Shown piece by piece: positions 38,310-59,060 of a stretch of 64,000 bases of DNA (the first letter of the stretch is position 1; every line of letters starts with the position of its first letter). Made by a program: the position numbers and the translations under genes. The DNA is taken from NCBI RefSeq assembly GCF_009914755.1, contig NC_060935.1; one strand, written 5' to 3'. This DNA is from the human T2T-CHM13v2.0 reference genome, Homo sapiens. The notes beneath the pieces were generated by a model. That model saw only the letters and a list, made by a program, of their open reading frames with translations, did no database searches and had not been told where the DNA came from.

Positions 38310-39116
38310 AACTTTTGGGTTTCTTAAACAACCCATGGTTTCTTAAACAGTCCCATTAAGAAATCTGTTGATCCCTCAGAGGTCCCTTTGTATAGCCGTA
38401 TACATGAAGCACATAGGGAACAACGTTGAAAAATCCTAGAGAGATCAGAATTTGCCCCAAGTATAAAGAAAGCTGATGCCAAAGAGGAAAATAAAACTGA
38501 GAAATCTGGCTTCTTGCTTAGTGGCCTATGTATTAAAGTATGCACATAGCTTGCCTCTTTGGCCTTCCACCTTCAACAATTTTTTGTTATTGTTCTTTTT
38601 GTGACTTTACAGAATCATAATTAGGTTGACTAAGTTGTATCAATATTAAATAGACATTTGTTTAAAGCAAACAACAAAAAGCTCTTCTTTCTCCAGTCGA
38701 CTCTTCAGGTTTATGTATGGTACAGTAAGCAAGTACACAAAAAACCCCAATATTATCTCAACTCAATGATTTTATCCATCATTTAGATTTTTTTTCCTTA
38801 ATTAATCTTGTTCCACCCCAAAGAGCACAACGCTCTATAAAGTCAAAGAAGAAAAAAGGGCAGAAATGGAAGAAGCTACAAGGAAGACAAGGAAGACATT
38901 TTGATTCTAAAACTAAAGAAGAGAGAAAAGAGCAGAGATGCATTTGACTATAATTTAAATATCACAGACATGGTCTAATTATCAGGGTATTCATCAAAGA
39001 TGCTGCCCAGTCATGACCAGTGACACAGTGCTGCCCAGATCCAGTTCCATGAGAATGCTCTCTTCTTGGGGCCCCTCACTTATATTCCTCACTTATATAC
39101 AAAAATCTCTACCCCC

Positions 39117-39471
<355 letters not shown>

Positions 39472-39696
39472 TCATGGTGACACCAGTGTATGTATACTCC
39501 AAAGTCTTCTTCCCAGGCCTTTCTAATGACTAAGAAATTCAAAGTAGGAAAGCACTTCCCTGCAGGTAGTTTCACAACAGCCACAAAGTAACATACCAGT
39601 TCTGCTGGTAATTCTAAAAAAATTAAAAATAAAAAATCTTATTTCTAGCCATGCTTTAAATCTACTTTAGAATGGAATAGGAAATACATTATTTTA

Positions 39697-40020
<324 letters not shown>

Positions 40021-40254
40021 CAATAGCATAAATACAGAAATTACAATGTACATATGTCAGTTGATAAAGATAATAAGTGTCTCTGGGATGACATAAATTG
40101 AACTAAATATTCATTGTTTTTACTTTTTTCCTGAGAAGTTATTCATAATCACCAAAATAGAAGAAAATAAACTTGGTAACATCATGCATGCTGGGTTCAT
40201 CCCAAAGCCCTTCTCTCCCCAATCCTGGATTGGGGCCAGAGGCACCAACACTCA

Positions 40255-40491
<237 letters not shown>

Positions 40492-41051
40492 TCAAAAACA
40501 AGGCACTTGCTTTCCAAACAGTAAGTTAAAACTTTCAGTACAATTTCTTATTTAGAAACGATCACGATAAACTTCAGCTAGGGTATGCTCAATGTGATTC
40601 CCTTGAGGGTGTCCAAGAGACAACCAAGAGACCCTTGTGGACCACAAATTGAAATAAACCTACACACACAGGTCCTTGCTCATAATAAAATCTAATATGG
40701 AAATACAACAAAAATAATTAATGACATCTTGCTCCAAATACTACCACAGAATGTTAAGTAGATCCTCTTAAGAAAGGGGGTAGGAGAACTGAACAAAAAG
40801 AAAGACAGTGGTCCTGGGTCTCCATTCAGCATGGAAGCAAAAACATGCTCAGTTCTCACTAAGATACATCTGCAGAACATCCTATAAGGAGCTTATGTGA
40901 GCTTTGCCTGCAAAGTCAAGCACAAAGAACCACCAAGCATGCAGAAGCTGGTTTTCCACACTAGCCAAGTCTGCTCTACACCTGGCAACCTTTCCTGAAT
41001 GAGAACAGCATAAAAATGTTATTATAACGTTTCAATAAAAAGCTTCCCTAG

Positions 41052-41397
<346 letters not shown>

Positions 41398-41495
41398 TCA
41401 AAACTCTTGTTATAGGTCAGAGATCATAGCCTAAAGGGAAGGCTCGTGGGCTTGTGATCATATTTGGCTTATCTTCAGAATGTAATTTCTAGGCC

Positions 41496-41786
<291 letters not shown>

Positions 41787-41856
41787 AGCCTTTTTTTTTT
41801 TTTTTTAATGACTAATAAATATATTGGTACAGCCAATAAAATTGACTAGTTAAAAC

Positions 41857-42144
41857 TTTTTTTTTTTTTTGACGGAGTTTTGCTGTTATTGCCCAGGCTG
41901 CAGTGCAATGGCACAATCTCAGCTCCACAACCTCCACCTCCCGGGTTTAAGCGATTCTCCTGCCTCAGCCTCCTGAGTAGCTGGGATTACAGGCATGCGC
42001 CACCACCCGAGCTAATTTTGTATTTTTTAGTAGAGACAAGGTTTCTCCATGTCAGGCTGGTCACGAACTCCCAACCTCAGGTGATCCGCCTGCCTCGGCC
42101 TCCCAAAGTGCTGGGATTACAGGAATGAGCCACTGCGCTTGGCC
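41857..42144 (-). mobile_element. Alu (Sp-like)
   Basis: TSD TAAAACTT. Confidence 0.92.
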
Positions 42145-42548
42145 TAAAACTTAAATTTTACAAATTACTATTTGTAATGATATGATGATATGATGGTTTC
42201 AGGCATTTAAGGACAAAGCAGAAATATGCATTTTTAAATCATATGAGTAAAATCCTTCTGGAATGGCTGGTTTCAAATGAGCTGTCATAGGAATTAAAAT
42301 GATGTTATGCACTAAAAACCCACTCCACCATTTAAATCACAGCTTGGTTCATAAAGTAGTTGTAAGTAACAAAAAACTTTCTAGGAAATGAGGAAGTCTC
42401 AGTACAAAGGGAACAGAAGCTGAAAAGTATTAAGGTAGAAGTTTAGCAAAACATCCTACATTTGCTCACTAATAAAGCTTTGAAAGTTGCCTATCACCTT
42501 GCTCCTAGCTAATCAAAGAAGAGCATAACCTGTAGATAACTTTACTAG

Positions 42549-42645
42549 TGTGATAAATATGTATCTATTTGGTCTTTTCCCCGGTTCCTGAAACACACAG
42601 CTCCTAAAACCCTTGGAAGCTACTGGGCAGTAAGAATATCTTTTA
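42549..42645 (+). mobile_element. Truncated MER21-like LTR start
   Basis: TGTGATA...TTTGGTCTTTTCCCCGGTTCCTG...AGCTCCTAAAACCCTTGGAA. Confidence 0.55.
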
Positions 42646-42700
42646 AGTGACATTGTCTCAAAAAACAAAAAAAAAAGGATGTCTTTTAAATAGGGTGTAA

Positions 42701-43046
<346 letters not shown>

Positions 43047-43367
43047 TAAAGACATCAGACTTGGAATCACTCTATAAATAAGCCCCCTCTAAACAAACTA
43101 CAGGGCAGCTCCTACGTATTTATGAACAATTATAAACTATCCTGGGAGGTTGCAAAACAATGATTAGTATGCTCCCATTTGTGTTCTTTTTGAAAAGTAT
43201 ATATATAGTATATACACGGCTATATCTACAAGTAAGCAGAAAACAGTGGTAACCTCCCTGAAGGAGAACCAGGGTGCAGAGGCAGAAGTTACACACTTCG
43301 CTGTACACTCTTCTAATGCTGTGAATTTCTACCCTTCATTTTACACTCCTGAAATGCCTTTTTTCAA

Positions 43368-43679
43368 ATTTTATTTTATTTATTTATTATTTTATTGGAG
43401 ACAGGGTCTTGCTCTGTCGCCCAGGCTGGAGCGCAGTGGTGGGATCTCTGCTCACTGCAACCTCTGTCTCCTGGGTTCAAGTGATTCTCGTGCCTCAGCC
43501 TCTGGAGTAGCTGGGATTACAAGTGTGTACCACCACACCCAGCTAATTTTTGTATTTTTAGTAGAGATGAGGTTTTATCATGTTGGTCAGGTTGGTCTTA
43601 AGCTTCTGATCTCAAGTGATCTGTCCTCCTTGGCCTCTCAAAGTGCTGGGATTACAGGCGTGAGCCACCACACCTGGCC
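43368..43679 (-). mobile_element. Alu (S-like)
   Basis: TSD-like TCAA(A/G)TTTTATTTTA. Confidence 0.92.
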
Positions 43680-43733
43680 TCAAGTTTTATTTTAATATAC
43701 CATACAGATTTCATAGTGTATATGTATAATTTA

Positions 43734-44169
<436 letters not shown>

Positions 44170-44182
44170 TCAAAGAAAAAGG

Positions 44183-44471
44183 GGCTGAGTGCAGTGGCTC
44201 ACGCCTGTAATCCCAACACTTTGGGAGGCCAAGGTGGCCAGTTCACTTGAGGTCAGGAGTTTGAGACCAGGCTGGCCAACATGGCAAATCCCATCTCTGC
44301 TAAAAATACAAAAATTAGCCAGGTGTGGTTGCACGTACCTGTAGTCCCAGCTACTTGGGGGGCTGAGGCACAAGAACTGCTTGAACCCAGGAGGTAGAAG
44401 CTATAGGGGGCTGAGATCGCGCCACTGCACTCTAGCCTGGGCAACAGAGCAAGACCCCGTCTTAAAAAAAA
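44183..44471 (+). mobile_element. Alu (S-like)
   Basis: Dimer. Confidence 0.92.
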
Positions 44472-45079
44472 GTGAGTTGGGGAGAACCTTCAACTTTCTC
44501 TGCATTATTTGTGCACATATTATTTATTTGTTTTTAAAAACTATTATTTTCATTAAGGATACACAAAAAATTGGATATCCAGCTACTATATGAAGAAAAG
44601 AGAGGAAAATATTTGATTCCCTTTGGAATTGTTTTAATTATATGCCTTAAGCAATCATTATTTTTACAGTAAAAGACTACTTTAGATAGTAAAATATCAT
44701 TGGAGATTTCTTACCAACGTCCACTTAGCCAACTCACTTTACCGATTGATTTTCCCCACTCTGAGTAAAGCATACATTGCTCCCACTCATTTGTTCCCAA
44801 ACCTGTGCTAGCTGAACTTACTACTGGATTATACAACGTAACCAAATATTGTGTAAATAAATGGTAAAATCTGAGGGCAAAAAGAAAGGATGTCTGTTTC
44901 TCTGGAAACAAAATTAAATGCTTTTAAAAGACTCAGTAGTACAAAGTCACTAAAAAACACTGTAATTGAATTAGGCATATCATGAAGCAATTAAGAATAA
45001 AAAACTAGGGAACACTACAAAAATCTAGAAGTAGTCTCTGCTCATGTTCTTTTGCAAGGTTCTTTATCACTCCACTTTA

Positions 45080-45423
<344 letters not shown>

Positions 45424-45553
45424 TCAATGTATTATGGGTGTGGTTTATGCAAGAAGTGCAGATATCTGATTTGTGAAGTCATAATCATGAGAAATGCCTG
45501 GACCCTTCGTCAAAGATTAGTGACTATACAGTTATATGTTTTAAGTTAAATTA

Positions 45554-45893
<340 letters not shown>

Positions 45894-46022
45894 CTATAAA
45901 ATTAATTGTACATATCATTTTTAGGATTCTGTGACTTAACTGACTTTTTTGGTTTCCAATCAACTACTCTATCAGGCCACTTCAGATAAAGAGCTTCTGT
46001 TCTGCATATAATTTTTAAATAA

Positions 46023-46311
46023 GGCCAGGTGCAGTGGCTCATGCCTGTAATCCCAGCACTTTGGGAGGCCAAGGAAGGTGGATTGCTTAAGCCCAGAGTT
46101 CAAGATCAGCCTGGGCAACATGGCAAAACCTCATCTCTACAAAAAATACAGAAACTAGCCAGACTCGGCAGTACATGCCTGTAGTCCCAGCTACCCAGGA
46201 GGCTGAGGTGGGAGGATCATCTGAGTCTGGGGAGGTCAAGGCTGCAGTGAGTCATGATTGTGCCACTGCACTCTAGCATAGGTGACAGAATGAGACCCTG
46301 TCTCAAAAAAA
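46023..46311 (+). mobile_element. Alu (J-like)
   Basis: Dimer. Confidence 0.9.
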
Positions 46312-47222
46312 GTAACAATAATTTTTTAACAACCAATTAAAAATTATGCTATTAAAAAAACACTAATTCTATATGGACTAAAGAATAAATATTATCTAAA
46401 AGTAAATAAAATGACCTATACCAAAAAGAAAACACTGCTTAAAACTGCCAATTCAGCATTCCAAAGGGTTACACTTTCAGAATCTTACAATTCAGCCTGC
46501 ATTCCTTTTCCCTATGTAACACCTCTTTTCTATTCAGAGGGCAGGACATGCAGCAGGCAAAATCAACTGCAGTGGTGATAGCTTGTTTTTGGCCAGAGTG
46601 ATTTTTATCCATACAAGGAAGATGTCCTTGGATCATTAATATAACTACTTCAAGAAAACCAACCTAAATTGTTTAAAGCACTCTATTAACAACAAAAAGC
46701 ATAATTTACATCCAATGAAAAGTAATCCACTCCACTGTGGCCTCAGCCAGGCTCAGCAATATCCAGGAATTTCTGAAAAAAGCTTTCTCTTGTCCATGCT
46801 GAGCCTGACTTTAGGTCCTAAGTTAAATTCAATTCTACATACTAACCATCTCAATTACATTCAAACCTCCTAAAATTCTTATTATGGATACAGTAACCCA
46901 TATTCTAGGAAATACAAAAGAAACTCAGATGGAAGAATGTTATTTTTCCATTGTGTTCATCATATTTGTTTCAATCATCCTTTCCTTGCCTCTAAACACC
47001 CCCAATGCCTAAAAGCCTACTGTATCTTCTAACACTCTATATAGTTTGGTTTCCTCCTCTCTGTTCTGTTCTAAACCAGAGAAGTTCCTCCCTATTCAAC
47101 TAATTCTCCATTTCAAAGTATTTTTATGAAGCTCCAGCCAAGAAATAGCTAGGAAAGCAATATGATTTGTCCAAGTCTATATTTCACCCAGAGAGAGGAG
47201 GCTGTAACTTCGTATCTTAAAC

Positions 47223-47480
47223 TAGAAGTTGCAAAGTGAAGCCTCAGGAACTACATTCAGCCAGCAGATGCTTTTTGTTTGGCCTGCAGTGTTTAAAAAG
47301 AACATTATTGCCAATATTTAAAAATCAGAGATTTCATGTAAAAAATCTGGGTCCTCATCAATTATTGGAATATTTAGTAACATCAGGCCAGTATACCCAC
47401 AAGGAATTAACTGGAGCTAATTAGCGGCTATCCACTTTATATGAGGTATGTGCTCTTCAGTTCAACATAGTTTCCATTAC
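47223..47480. mobile_element. hAT-Charlie DNA transposon relic (MER102-like)
   Basis: TTTTGTTTGGCCTGCAGTG and AAAATCAGAGATTTCATGTAAAAATCTGG resemble the recalled consensus. Confidence 0.5.
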
Positions 47481-47789
47481 TTCACCTTCAAACTATATCC
47501 AGAACCCAACCATTCCACACCACTTCACTGTTATCTCCTTAGTTCTAACTGACATCACCTCTCACCTGGATTATTACAAATCACCTCTTAACGGAACTCT
47601 TTGCTTTCTTCCATTCTCCCTTTGGGGATATACTCTTAATATAATGGCCAGAGTGATCCTGTTAAAAGCCTAAGTTATTCATTTATTTAACAACATTTAT
47701 TGAGCACCCTTATATACCAGCCACAGTTTTAGTGCTTGGAATCCATCAATGAGCAAAAAGCAAAAGCCCTGCCATTGTGGAGGTCCATT

Positions 47790-49390
<1,601 letters not shown>

Positions 49391-49399
49391 GAAAACTCT

Positions 49400-49910
49400 G
49401 ATGGCTATCTAAGAGCCATTTAAGAGTAAAAGCCAAAGTCCTTACAATGGCCTACAAGATTCTATACCATCTGGCCTCCAGTTAAGTCTCTAACACCATC
49501 TCCTACTATACTCCCGCTCATTCACTCCGTTCCATCCACCCAGCTTCTGGTTCTTGAATACACGAAGCACATTCTTGTCTTAGACCGTTTATACTTCCTG
49601 TGCCCTTTGCCTGGAATACTTTTCCTACAGATATTAACAGGTCACTCAGGGATGCCTACCTAACCACCCTATTACAAACTGGAACTTCTCTTCCCCAAAT
49701 ACTATCCCTTTCCCTGTTTTATTTTTCTTTATAACCCTTATTAAGTACCTTACAAACTACATATTTTATATATTTATTTAATCACCTCTCTTCTCCCACT
49801 AAAATTTAAGTTCCACTATAGCAACAATTTTTCTGTCTTGTCCACCACTACCCTTGAAACAATGCCTGACACATAATGCACTCTCAGTAAATATGTACTG
49901 AATGAATGAA
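49400..49910 (+). mobile_element. L2 3' end
   Basis: CCTTTGCCTGGAATACT...AAATATGTACTGAATGAATGAA terminus. Confidence 0.75.
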
Positions 49911-50380
49911 TTTCATGTTACTAGCCTGGCTCATTAAGTAAGCATCTGTTTCTTTCTAATCTACTTTACTATTTTGTCCAAATATGCTGCTTACACTCAA
50001 CCTCCCATTTATGAAAACAATTCAGTTAAGCAAACAACAAAAAGATGCAACACATCCACATTTTCTCAATATATAAAGGATTATCCTTTGTGAATCCTCA
50101 ATTTTACTAGGCTGAGGAAGAGGCAGAAATAACTCTGCAGAATGACAGAACAGAACTGATGGAAAGTCAGCTTCCTGTGACCATCACCTCCTACCCACCC
50201 CTCTTTTCACTTCAATCAGAAGGGACATAGGAAGCAATGTTCCCCTCCAAGACTGGAATGCCCAGCAAAAGGCCATGAAGATAGTTAATCAGAAATACTG
50301 GCCCTCTCATGTCTATCAATTTGCCATCCACCACCTACCTGCAAAAGATCTGGGTTTTGCTCAAACTGTAATAGCTCTTA

Positions 50381-51178
<798 letters not shown>

Positions 51179-51287
51179 TCAGAACACCATCACTATTTAT
51201 TTATTTATAGAGCACCTACTAAGCTGAGCGTGTATCTGGCTTAAAGCTCTCTCTTTCTAATGCAAGACATGCAAGTAAATAAAATCA

Positions 51288-51680
<393 letters not shown>

Positions 51681-52417
51681 TTAGAGTTCATCAAGTACAC
51701 AAGGGATAGAAGGGTATTTTGGGGACAAGAAGAAAATGCACAAAGACATGGAGATAAAAGAAAACTTGGAAAATTTAGGAAATGGTAGGTGGTTAAGCAT
51801 GACAGCATGACAGAGAGTAAGATATGTATATTAGGAGATGATGCTAGAAATATATCTAAAAACCAGATACATGCAACTTTATACCTAAAAATAAAACAAA
51901 CTTGTAAATAGTATTGGACTATCACCTCACAAAATTCTGTCATTAGTAAAACTTCTTTTCACATCAAAAAGTATGCTCATTTCATATAAACCAAGGAGAT
52001 GACATAATCAGGATAAAGATGTACTGTTTTCACTCTAATTCAGAGGGGTTATATAAAGAAACTTGGATAGTTAAACGAACTGACCTGAATCAATCAGTTC
52101 CCATTTTCCAGTTTTACATGAACCTGGCTATACAAATAAAATATGATATCCTGGGTTAACAAATACAAGGACCTATATTATATTATATCTATTAGCCTTA
52201 AACTTGACTTCCCAAAGGCTAGGTATTTCTAGAACATAGCATGTTAAAATGAAATAAACGCTAGACTAGGAGTCAAAAAACTTGAGGCTCTCAAAGACAG
52301 TTTCTTCATCTGTGAAATAATAATATAGTTTCCTCTCCCTACTTCACAGGGTTTTTGTATGCATCAAACAAGACCATCCTCTAAAAACTACAGAATGCTA
52401 TTAAAAATGTAATAGAA

Positions 52418-52710
52418 GGCCAGGTGCAGTGGCTCACGCCTATAGTCGCAGCACTTTGGGAGGTCAAGGTAGGCGGACTGTTTGAGCCCAGGAATTTGAG
52501 AACAGCCTGGACAACAGAGCAAAACACTGCTTCTATAAAAAAAATATCCAAAAAGTAGCCAGGCATAGTGTCGTGCACCAGTAGTCCCAGCTACTCGGGT
52601 GGCTGAGGTGGGAGGATCACTTGAGCTCAGGAGGATGAGGCTGCAGTGAGGCAAGATCACACCACTGCTCTCCAACAGCCTGGGTGACAGAATGAGACCC
52701 TGTCTCAAAA
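52418..52710 (+). mobile_element. Alu (J-like)
   Basis: TSD AAATGTAATAGA. Confidence 0.9.
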
Positions 52711-52724
52711 TCAAATGTAATAGA

Positions 52725-52992
52725 GGCAGTACAAAGATAAGGTTAAGAGCAGAGGTCTGGAACCAGACTACAGTGCTCAAACTCCAACTCAACTACTTAT
52801 TGGCCATGCGAGCTTGAATACATTACCTAACCTCTTTGGATCTTAATTTCTTCATCTGTAAAATATGTACGTGTGTATGTGTTTATTTAATACTACCCAT
52901 GTAAAGAGTACTGTAAGGATTAAATAAGTTAATTCATATAAAATGCTTATTAGAGTGCCTAGCACAAGGTGAATATTCAATAAAGGTTAGCT
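52725..52992 (+). mobile_element. MIR
   Basis: GGTTAAGAGC...TTCTTCATCTGTAAAAT...AGTGCCTAGCACA. Confidence 0.7.
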
Positions 52993-53467
52993 TACTCTAG
53001 TGGTATATTCTTCCACATGAGATTTTTAAATGCTGTCCTATCTAAAATTATGATGAAACAAAAAAATGAAAATAAAATTATGATGAAACAAAAATACCCA
53101 CTTCTGTCATATTACTTAGATATATACAGTGCAGAATGAAAGAAAACAATTTTAAACTAGTGAAGTTTAAAATTGACTCATCATATAATCTCAATGCAAT
53201 AAATAATCAACAGATCAGGACCACAAAATAAGTTCACTGACACAATACTATGTATTTCTCTGACACAACAGAAACACATTATAACTTTTAGCATATTTAA
53301 TATATTCTGAATATTTGGTATTTTGACCAAAATGCAGAATAATAAACAATATGCATTATAATCCTTTCTTCAAAAGTTATTGGTATTTGGTGGCACCACT
53401 GCTACCACAGCCTGAACTCACAATCCTATTATAAATTACTCTGTAAATTATCTCATACTTGTGGCTA

Positions 53468-53632
<165 letters not shown>

Positions 53633-54329
53633 TTAAGTCACAGGGTTATAAATGTCTGAGCTTGGTAGTCCAGCAAGGTACAGAAATGAAGGCAAGGGGG
53701 TTAGTATGCCAACCATCTAAGAATAAAAATAGGAAAGGCATTAAAGTTATTAGGTCAGTAAAGAAGCTGAAAAAGTATAGCATGGTTAATGTCAGACATC
53801 ACTAGCTGTCAGTTCTTCTTCAAAATGAAATTACTACTCAAACCCAATGGTTAATTTTCATGGGAGAGAGTGAGAAAGCACAAGGAATGACAAGGATTGT
53901 ATCTATCTTTTTTTTTTCCCTGAAAGCCACATTTAATTTGCTTAAAGTCAACTAAAAACATCACAGAAGCATATTTTACCTAAAATTCAGAATAAACTAT
54001 GCATTTCAATGATCTCTGGGAAAAATACAAAGAAATGAAAAGATATAAGAACATTAACGAAGCAGATTTCAGGGTAAATCTAATGAGATATTCTGTCAAT
54101 TCAGAATTACTTGAAATTTCTGGAATTGTCCTTTGTTTTCCCATTCCCCCTCCTAAAAACACTAAAGTATATTGAAATAACAACATTAAAGTGAAGAGAG
54201 AAAGAACCAAAGAACCCACCACCTAGAGGGATACAAATCTGAAAAATCTAGTGGTCAAAAAAGGCACAAGAAAGTTAGAAGGTCAAAGGTTACAAAATGC
54301 CACTGGAGAGATATATGTAAGAACCATTA

Positions 54330-54716
<387 letters not shown>

Positions 54717-56041
54717 TAATACGGTATAGTAGAACGAAGAGCTCAACTGATACCAAATTACTATAAAGTCACTAGTGCTTTATCTAAAAGTATACTATCC
54801 CAAATATTGCTTTTCCTAAGGAATTAGGGAGTGTGGGACAAATTAAATGCATATAAACAGTTCAAACAAACAAATCTCAGGTGTCGGGGGAACATAATCA
54901 AGGACAATTCAAGTGAAATCTATACCTGTTTACTGAGTAATCAAGGGACTTAGATATTGTGAGGAATAGAGATGAACCAGACAAAGCACATACCCTCAAT
55001 GATCTCAGTGTCAAATATACAGGAAAAAGAACATACACATACAAATAACCATTTCACAGGAAGGCTATTATCTGGGAGGCTCCAGATCTTTCACCTACGT
55101 GGCCTAACCATTCAGAGTACACTTGCACAGGGTCCTGTTTGCGTGTGCTAGTTGACAGAATAAATTCTGTTACAAATGTAGTTTTTCTAAGTTGGTCTGG
55201 AACCTAAAGGGACTTGTGGTTATTAAGGAAAATGCATTCTTCACTATCACAGGATGAGATGCACCTAAGTCAGAAAATCCTTTACCCTAAATCAATCCCA
55301 AAGGCACCTCAAAAGTTTCTAAAAGAGAAAAGTTTATAATAACTCTAAGGCACCTGTTCCAGAAACTAATAATAATTCCAGTCAGAAAGTTACTGCTTTT
55401 ATAACTACAATCTCTCCTCTATTTTCTCTGAGGTTTTGTCCATCATCAGAAGCAGCAGCTCACTTATTCACAATTTTCAAATTCTGATAGGACCCAACCT
55501 TCTTTCTGTTATTAAAAGCAAGTGCCACAATTTCATTCCTCTTATTTCCTGATCCTTCTTCCAAACAAATTCTTCTGAAACTTTCTTTTTGAGTAAATTT
55601 CGTCCCTCAAAATACATTTGGTAATCTTCACTAAAGAAGACTGGCAAAAATCAGCAGGCAGCTGGTAATAGCTGCAGCAACAAGGCCTACAGCTTATGTA
55701 GAGCTAGGCTCAGAGCTTTCTGTAACACCTGCAGAGCCCACCCATGGTAAGCCTGCACTTACTGTACAAAGTAATTAAGCAGCAAGCCGCTGACATAATG
55801 ATCTCGTCTACAGTCTGAAATTCTTGGGATGTATTTTTAAACTGCATTCATGTCTGAAAGAAGATAACTGTTTCTTCCTCCTAAGCTTCTTCACTTTCAG
55901 TTATCAGTTTGTTCATTTCTTCCTAACTAGCCAGAAAATCCCCTCAGTAAAAACCACGAAATATCACAACAGAGAGAGGAATCAGGACAACTATCACCGT
56001 CCTCTGTAAAGGAAAGACGCCTTCCTAAAATGGCTCTAGGC

Positions 56042-56082
56042 GTCTATGGCCATAACCACCCTAAATGCGCCTGATCTCATCT
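56042..56082 (+). pseudogene. 3'-truncated (tailless) 5S rRNA retropseudogene, 5S nt 1-40
   Basis: GTCTATGGCCATAACCACCCTAAATGCGCCTGATCTCATCT vs 5S GTCTACGGCCATACCACCCTGAACGCGCCCGATCTCGTCT; flanking direct repeat CTAAAATGGCTCTAGG / CTAAAATGGCTGTAAGG. Confidence 0.9.
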
Positions 56083-56633
56083 AAAATGGCTGTAAGGAGC
56101 TCCCTAAGACATGACATGCATGTGTGAGAAGATAGGAAAGCTGAGTGATTAAGGGGAGAACTTTTTAAAAGTGAGATGAAGAATGGAGCCAAAGGTGAGC
56201 ATGACCAGCTGATCTGAAGTGTGGTCAAAAGGGAGAGAAAGGCTATGAATCACTGGAGAAGTGATTGTTAGAGCCTCTGTCCCCACCACCACCTCTCCAC
56301 ATCTGCCCCTTCTTTAAATTAGCTAAGGGAAGAAGTCTTGTTAAAGAGTCTGGTTCTAAATAAAGGACTATACGGGGTGCCAAAGTTAGACAAATGTCCT
56401 TCTGTGAATTAGACTGGACCAGTAGCAAGAGCAAAGTATTTTCTCCATAAGGGGAAAGGAGATGTATAAAGAAGTATGAGGGCCCTGAAAACAAATCATA
56501 TTCTCATTTCAGCCGCTCTACAAAGAGTGCCAGAAAAGGTAAGAGAAGGGGATTCACAAACCTAAGATTTTTTTTAGTGAAATGATTCACTCATCATTTA
56601 CTTAGGGCTGAGTTTTAAGAATAAACAGTAAGG

Positions 56634-56954
<321 letters not shown>

Positions 56955-57344
56955 TCAGAAACACCTACATAGGCCCACCTCCTGAAACCTGTGTATCACA
57001 GGTACCTTAAATTCTCAATTATTTAGACCCTTGGAAATTCAAACAATATTAGGAATATGACATCACCAACATGACTGTCCTATTGTCCTAGAAACAACGA
57101 CTAATTATTTGTTCAACACATATAGATTATACAAACATCAGCAGATCCAGATATAAGATCTAAAGCCCATTTCCAAGAACAATTTCAAAATTAGTCAACT
57201 ATGTGTGAGTCTATCTTTGTGAATCTGCTTCCAAGGAAGTACAGTTCAAATCAATCATAACAGACTTTTTTTTAAAGCATACATGCCTTACAAGAACTTC
57301 TAATAGGTTTTTTATCTGTTCTGTTTTGACCAAGCCAGAAATAA

Positions 57345-57628
<284 letters not shown>

Positions 57629-58461
57629 TTTAAAGACATTTTTATATCTGGCCTCTTGAAGGTGATAGGGAGGATAATATAAAGATCTGTGAAACTACAA
57701 TGGGAAAAAATTGATTTTATCAACAGAATATTTTATGTCTAGTTCATACAGATTCTGCTTCCAGTCATGGCAGAGTAGCTCCCTTCAGACCAACTTTCCT
57801 GCAGACAAGTATGAGCTTGTCTGGAGAATTAAAAAGCAAGAAGATTCTCAAGTAGGGAAGAAGGTCAGCACTTCAAAGAAGGTAATGATACTGGGTGAGT
57901 TTCCCTTTTTTATGGCTTCCAGTCAGGCAAGTACCTGTCTGTCATAAGAGGTGGGTAAAACTCAAAAACTCATAATCTTACTAGCTTAAGAAACCAGAGG
58001 GCAAATTTTAAGGCAAACCACAGCAGCTGGGAAGTGAAAGAGGGAGATTCCAGAGAGAACCACAGAAGGGAAGACCCAAAAATCTGTGTACAAACTCTGC
58101 CTACAAACCTGGCTGATCCCTGAAACACGCATGCATGGAGAAGACCCCAAGCAGCCAAGTTAAGGGTAAAAGAACTGAACTGAAATTTAAGTTGCCACCC
58201 ACTACAGGGAAACAGTTAACTTAAAAATAATAACAATAATAATAATAAAATAAAAAAAGAATGCTCTCTGGAGGGAGGTAACAGAATCTAGTTCTTTACA
58301 ATCCAGAACTGCTCAGCATATAAAGAAACAGGAAAATATGACCCATTCTCAAGAGAAGAGTCAATCAACAGAAACCAACCCTGAGTTTACTCAAATACTG
58401 GAATTAGCAAACAAGAATTTTAAAGCAGCTATGATCATAATGAATGAAAAAATAGATCTCA

Positions 58462-58757
58462 GGCCAGACATGGTGGCTCACTCCTGTAATCCCAGGACTT
58501 TGGGAGGCCGAGGCGGGAAGATCACGAGGTCAGGAGTTCGAGACAAGCCTGGCCAATATGGTGAAACCCTGTCTCTACTAAAAATATAAAAATCAGGCGG
58601 GTGTGGTGGCGTGTGCCTGTAGTCCCAGTTACTGGGGAGGCTGAGGCAGAAGAATCTCTTGAGGTTGAGGTGGAGATTTCAGTAAGCCAAGATCGTGCCA
58701 CTGCACTCCACCCTGGGCAACAGAGCAAGACTCCGTCTCAAAAAAAAAAAAAAAAAA
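58462..58757 (+). mobile_element. Alu (Sg-like)
   Basis: TSD AGATCTCA. Confidence 0.92.
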
Positions 58758-58911
58758 ACAGATCTCAACAGAGAACAGACATTACAATGCAGTGGGCTGG
58801 CTTAAAAGCAGATTGGAAATGACAGGAGAGATACTGACCTTGAAAAATGAACAACAAAAATTATCCAATCAGAAATACAGACAGAAAAAAGGATTAGGAA
58901 AAGAAAGAGCT

Positions 58912-59060
58912 GGCTGGGCGTGGTAGCTCACACTTATAACCTCAGCACTTTGGGAGGCCAAGGTTGAGAGGACTGCTTGAGGCCAGGAGTTCAAGACCAG
59001 CCTAGGTAACACAGCAAGACCCCATCTCTACACAATAAAATGTATAAATTAAAAAAGAAA
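58912..59060 (+). mobile_element. Alu left monomer/FLAM
   Basis: Single arm. Confidence 0.8.
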
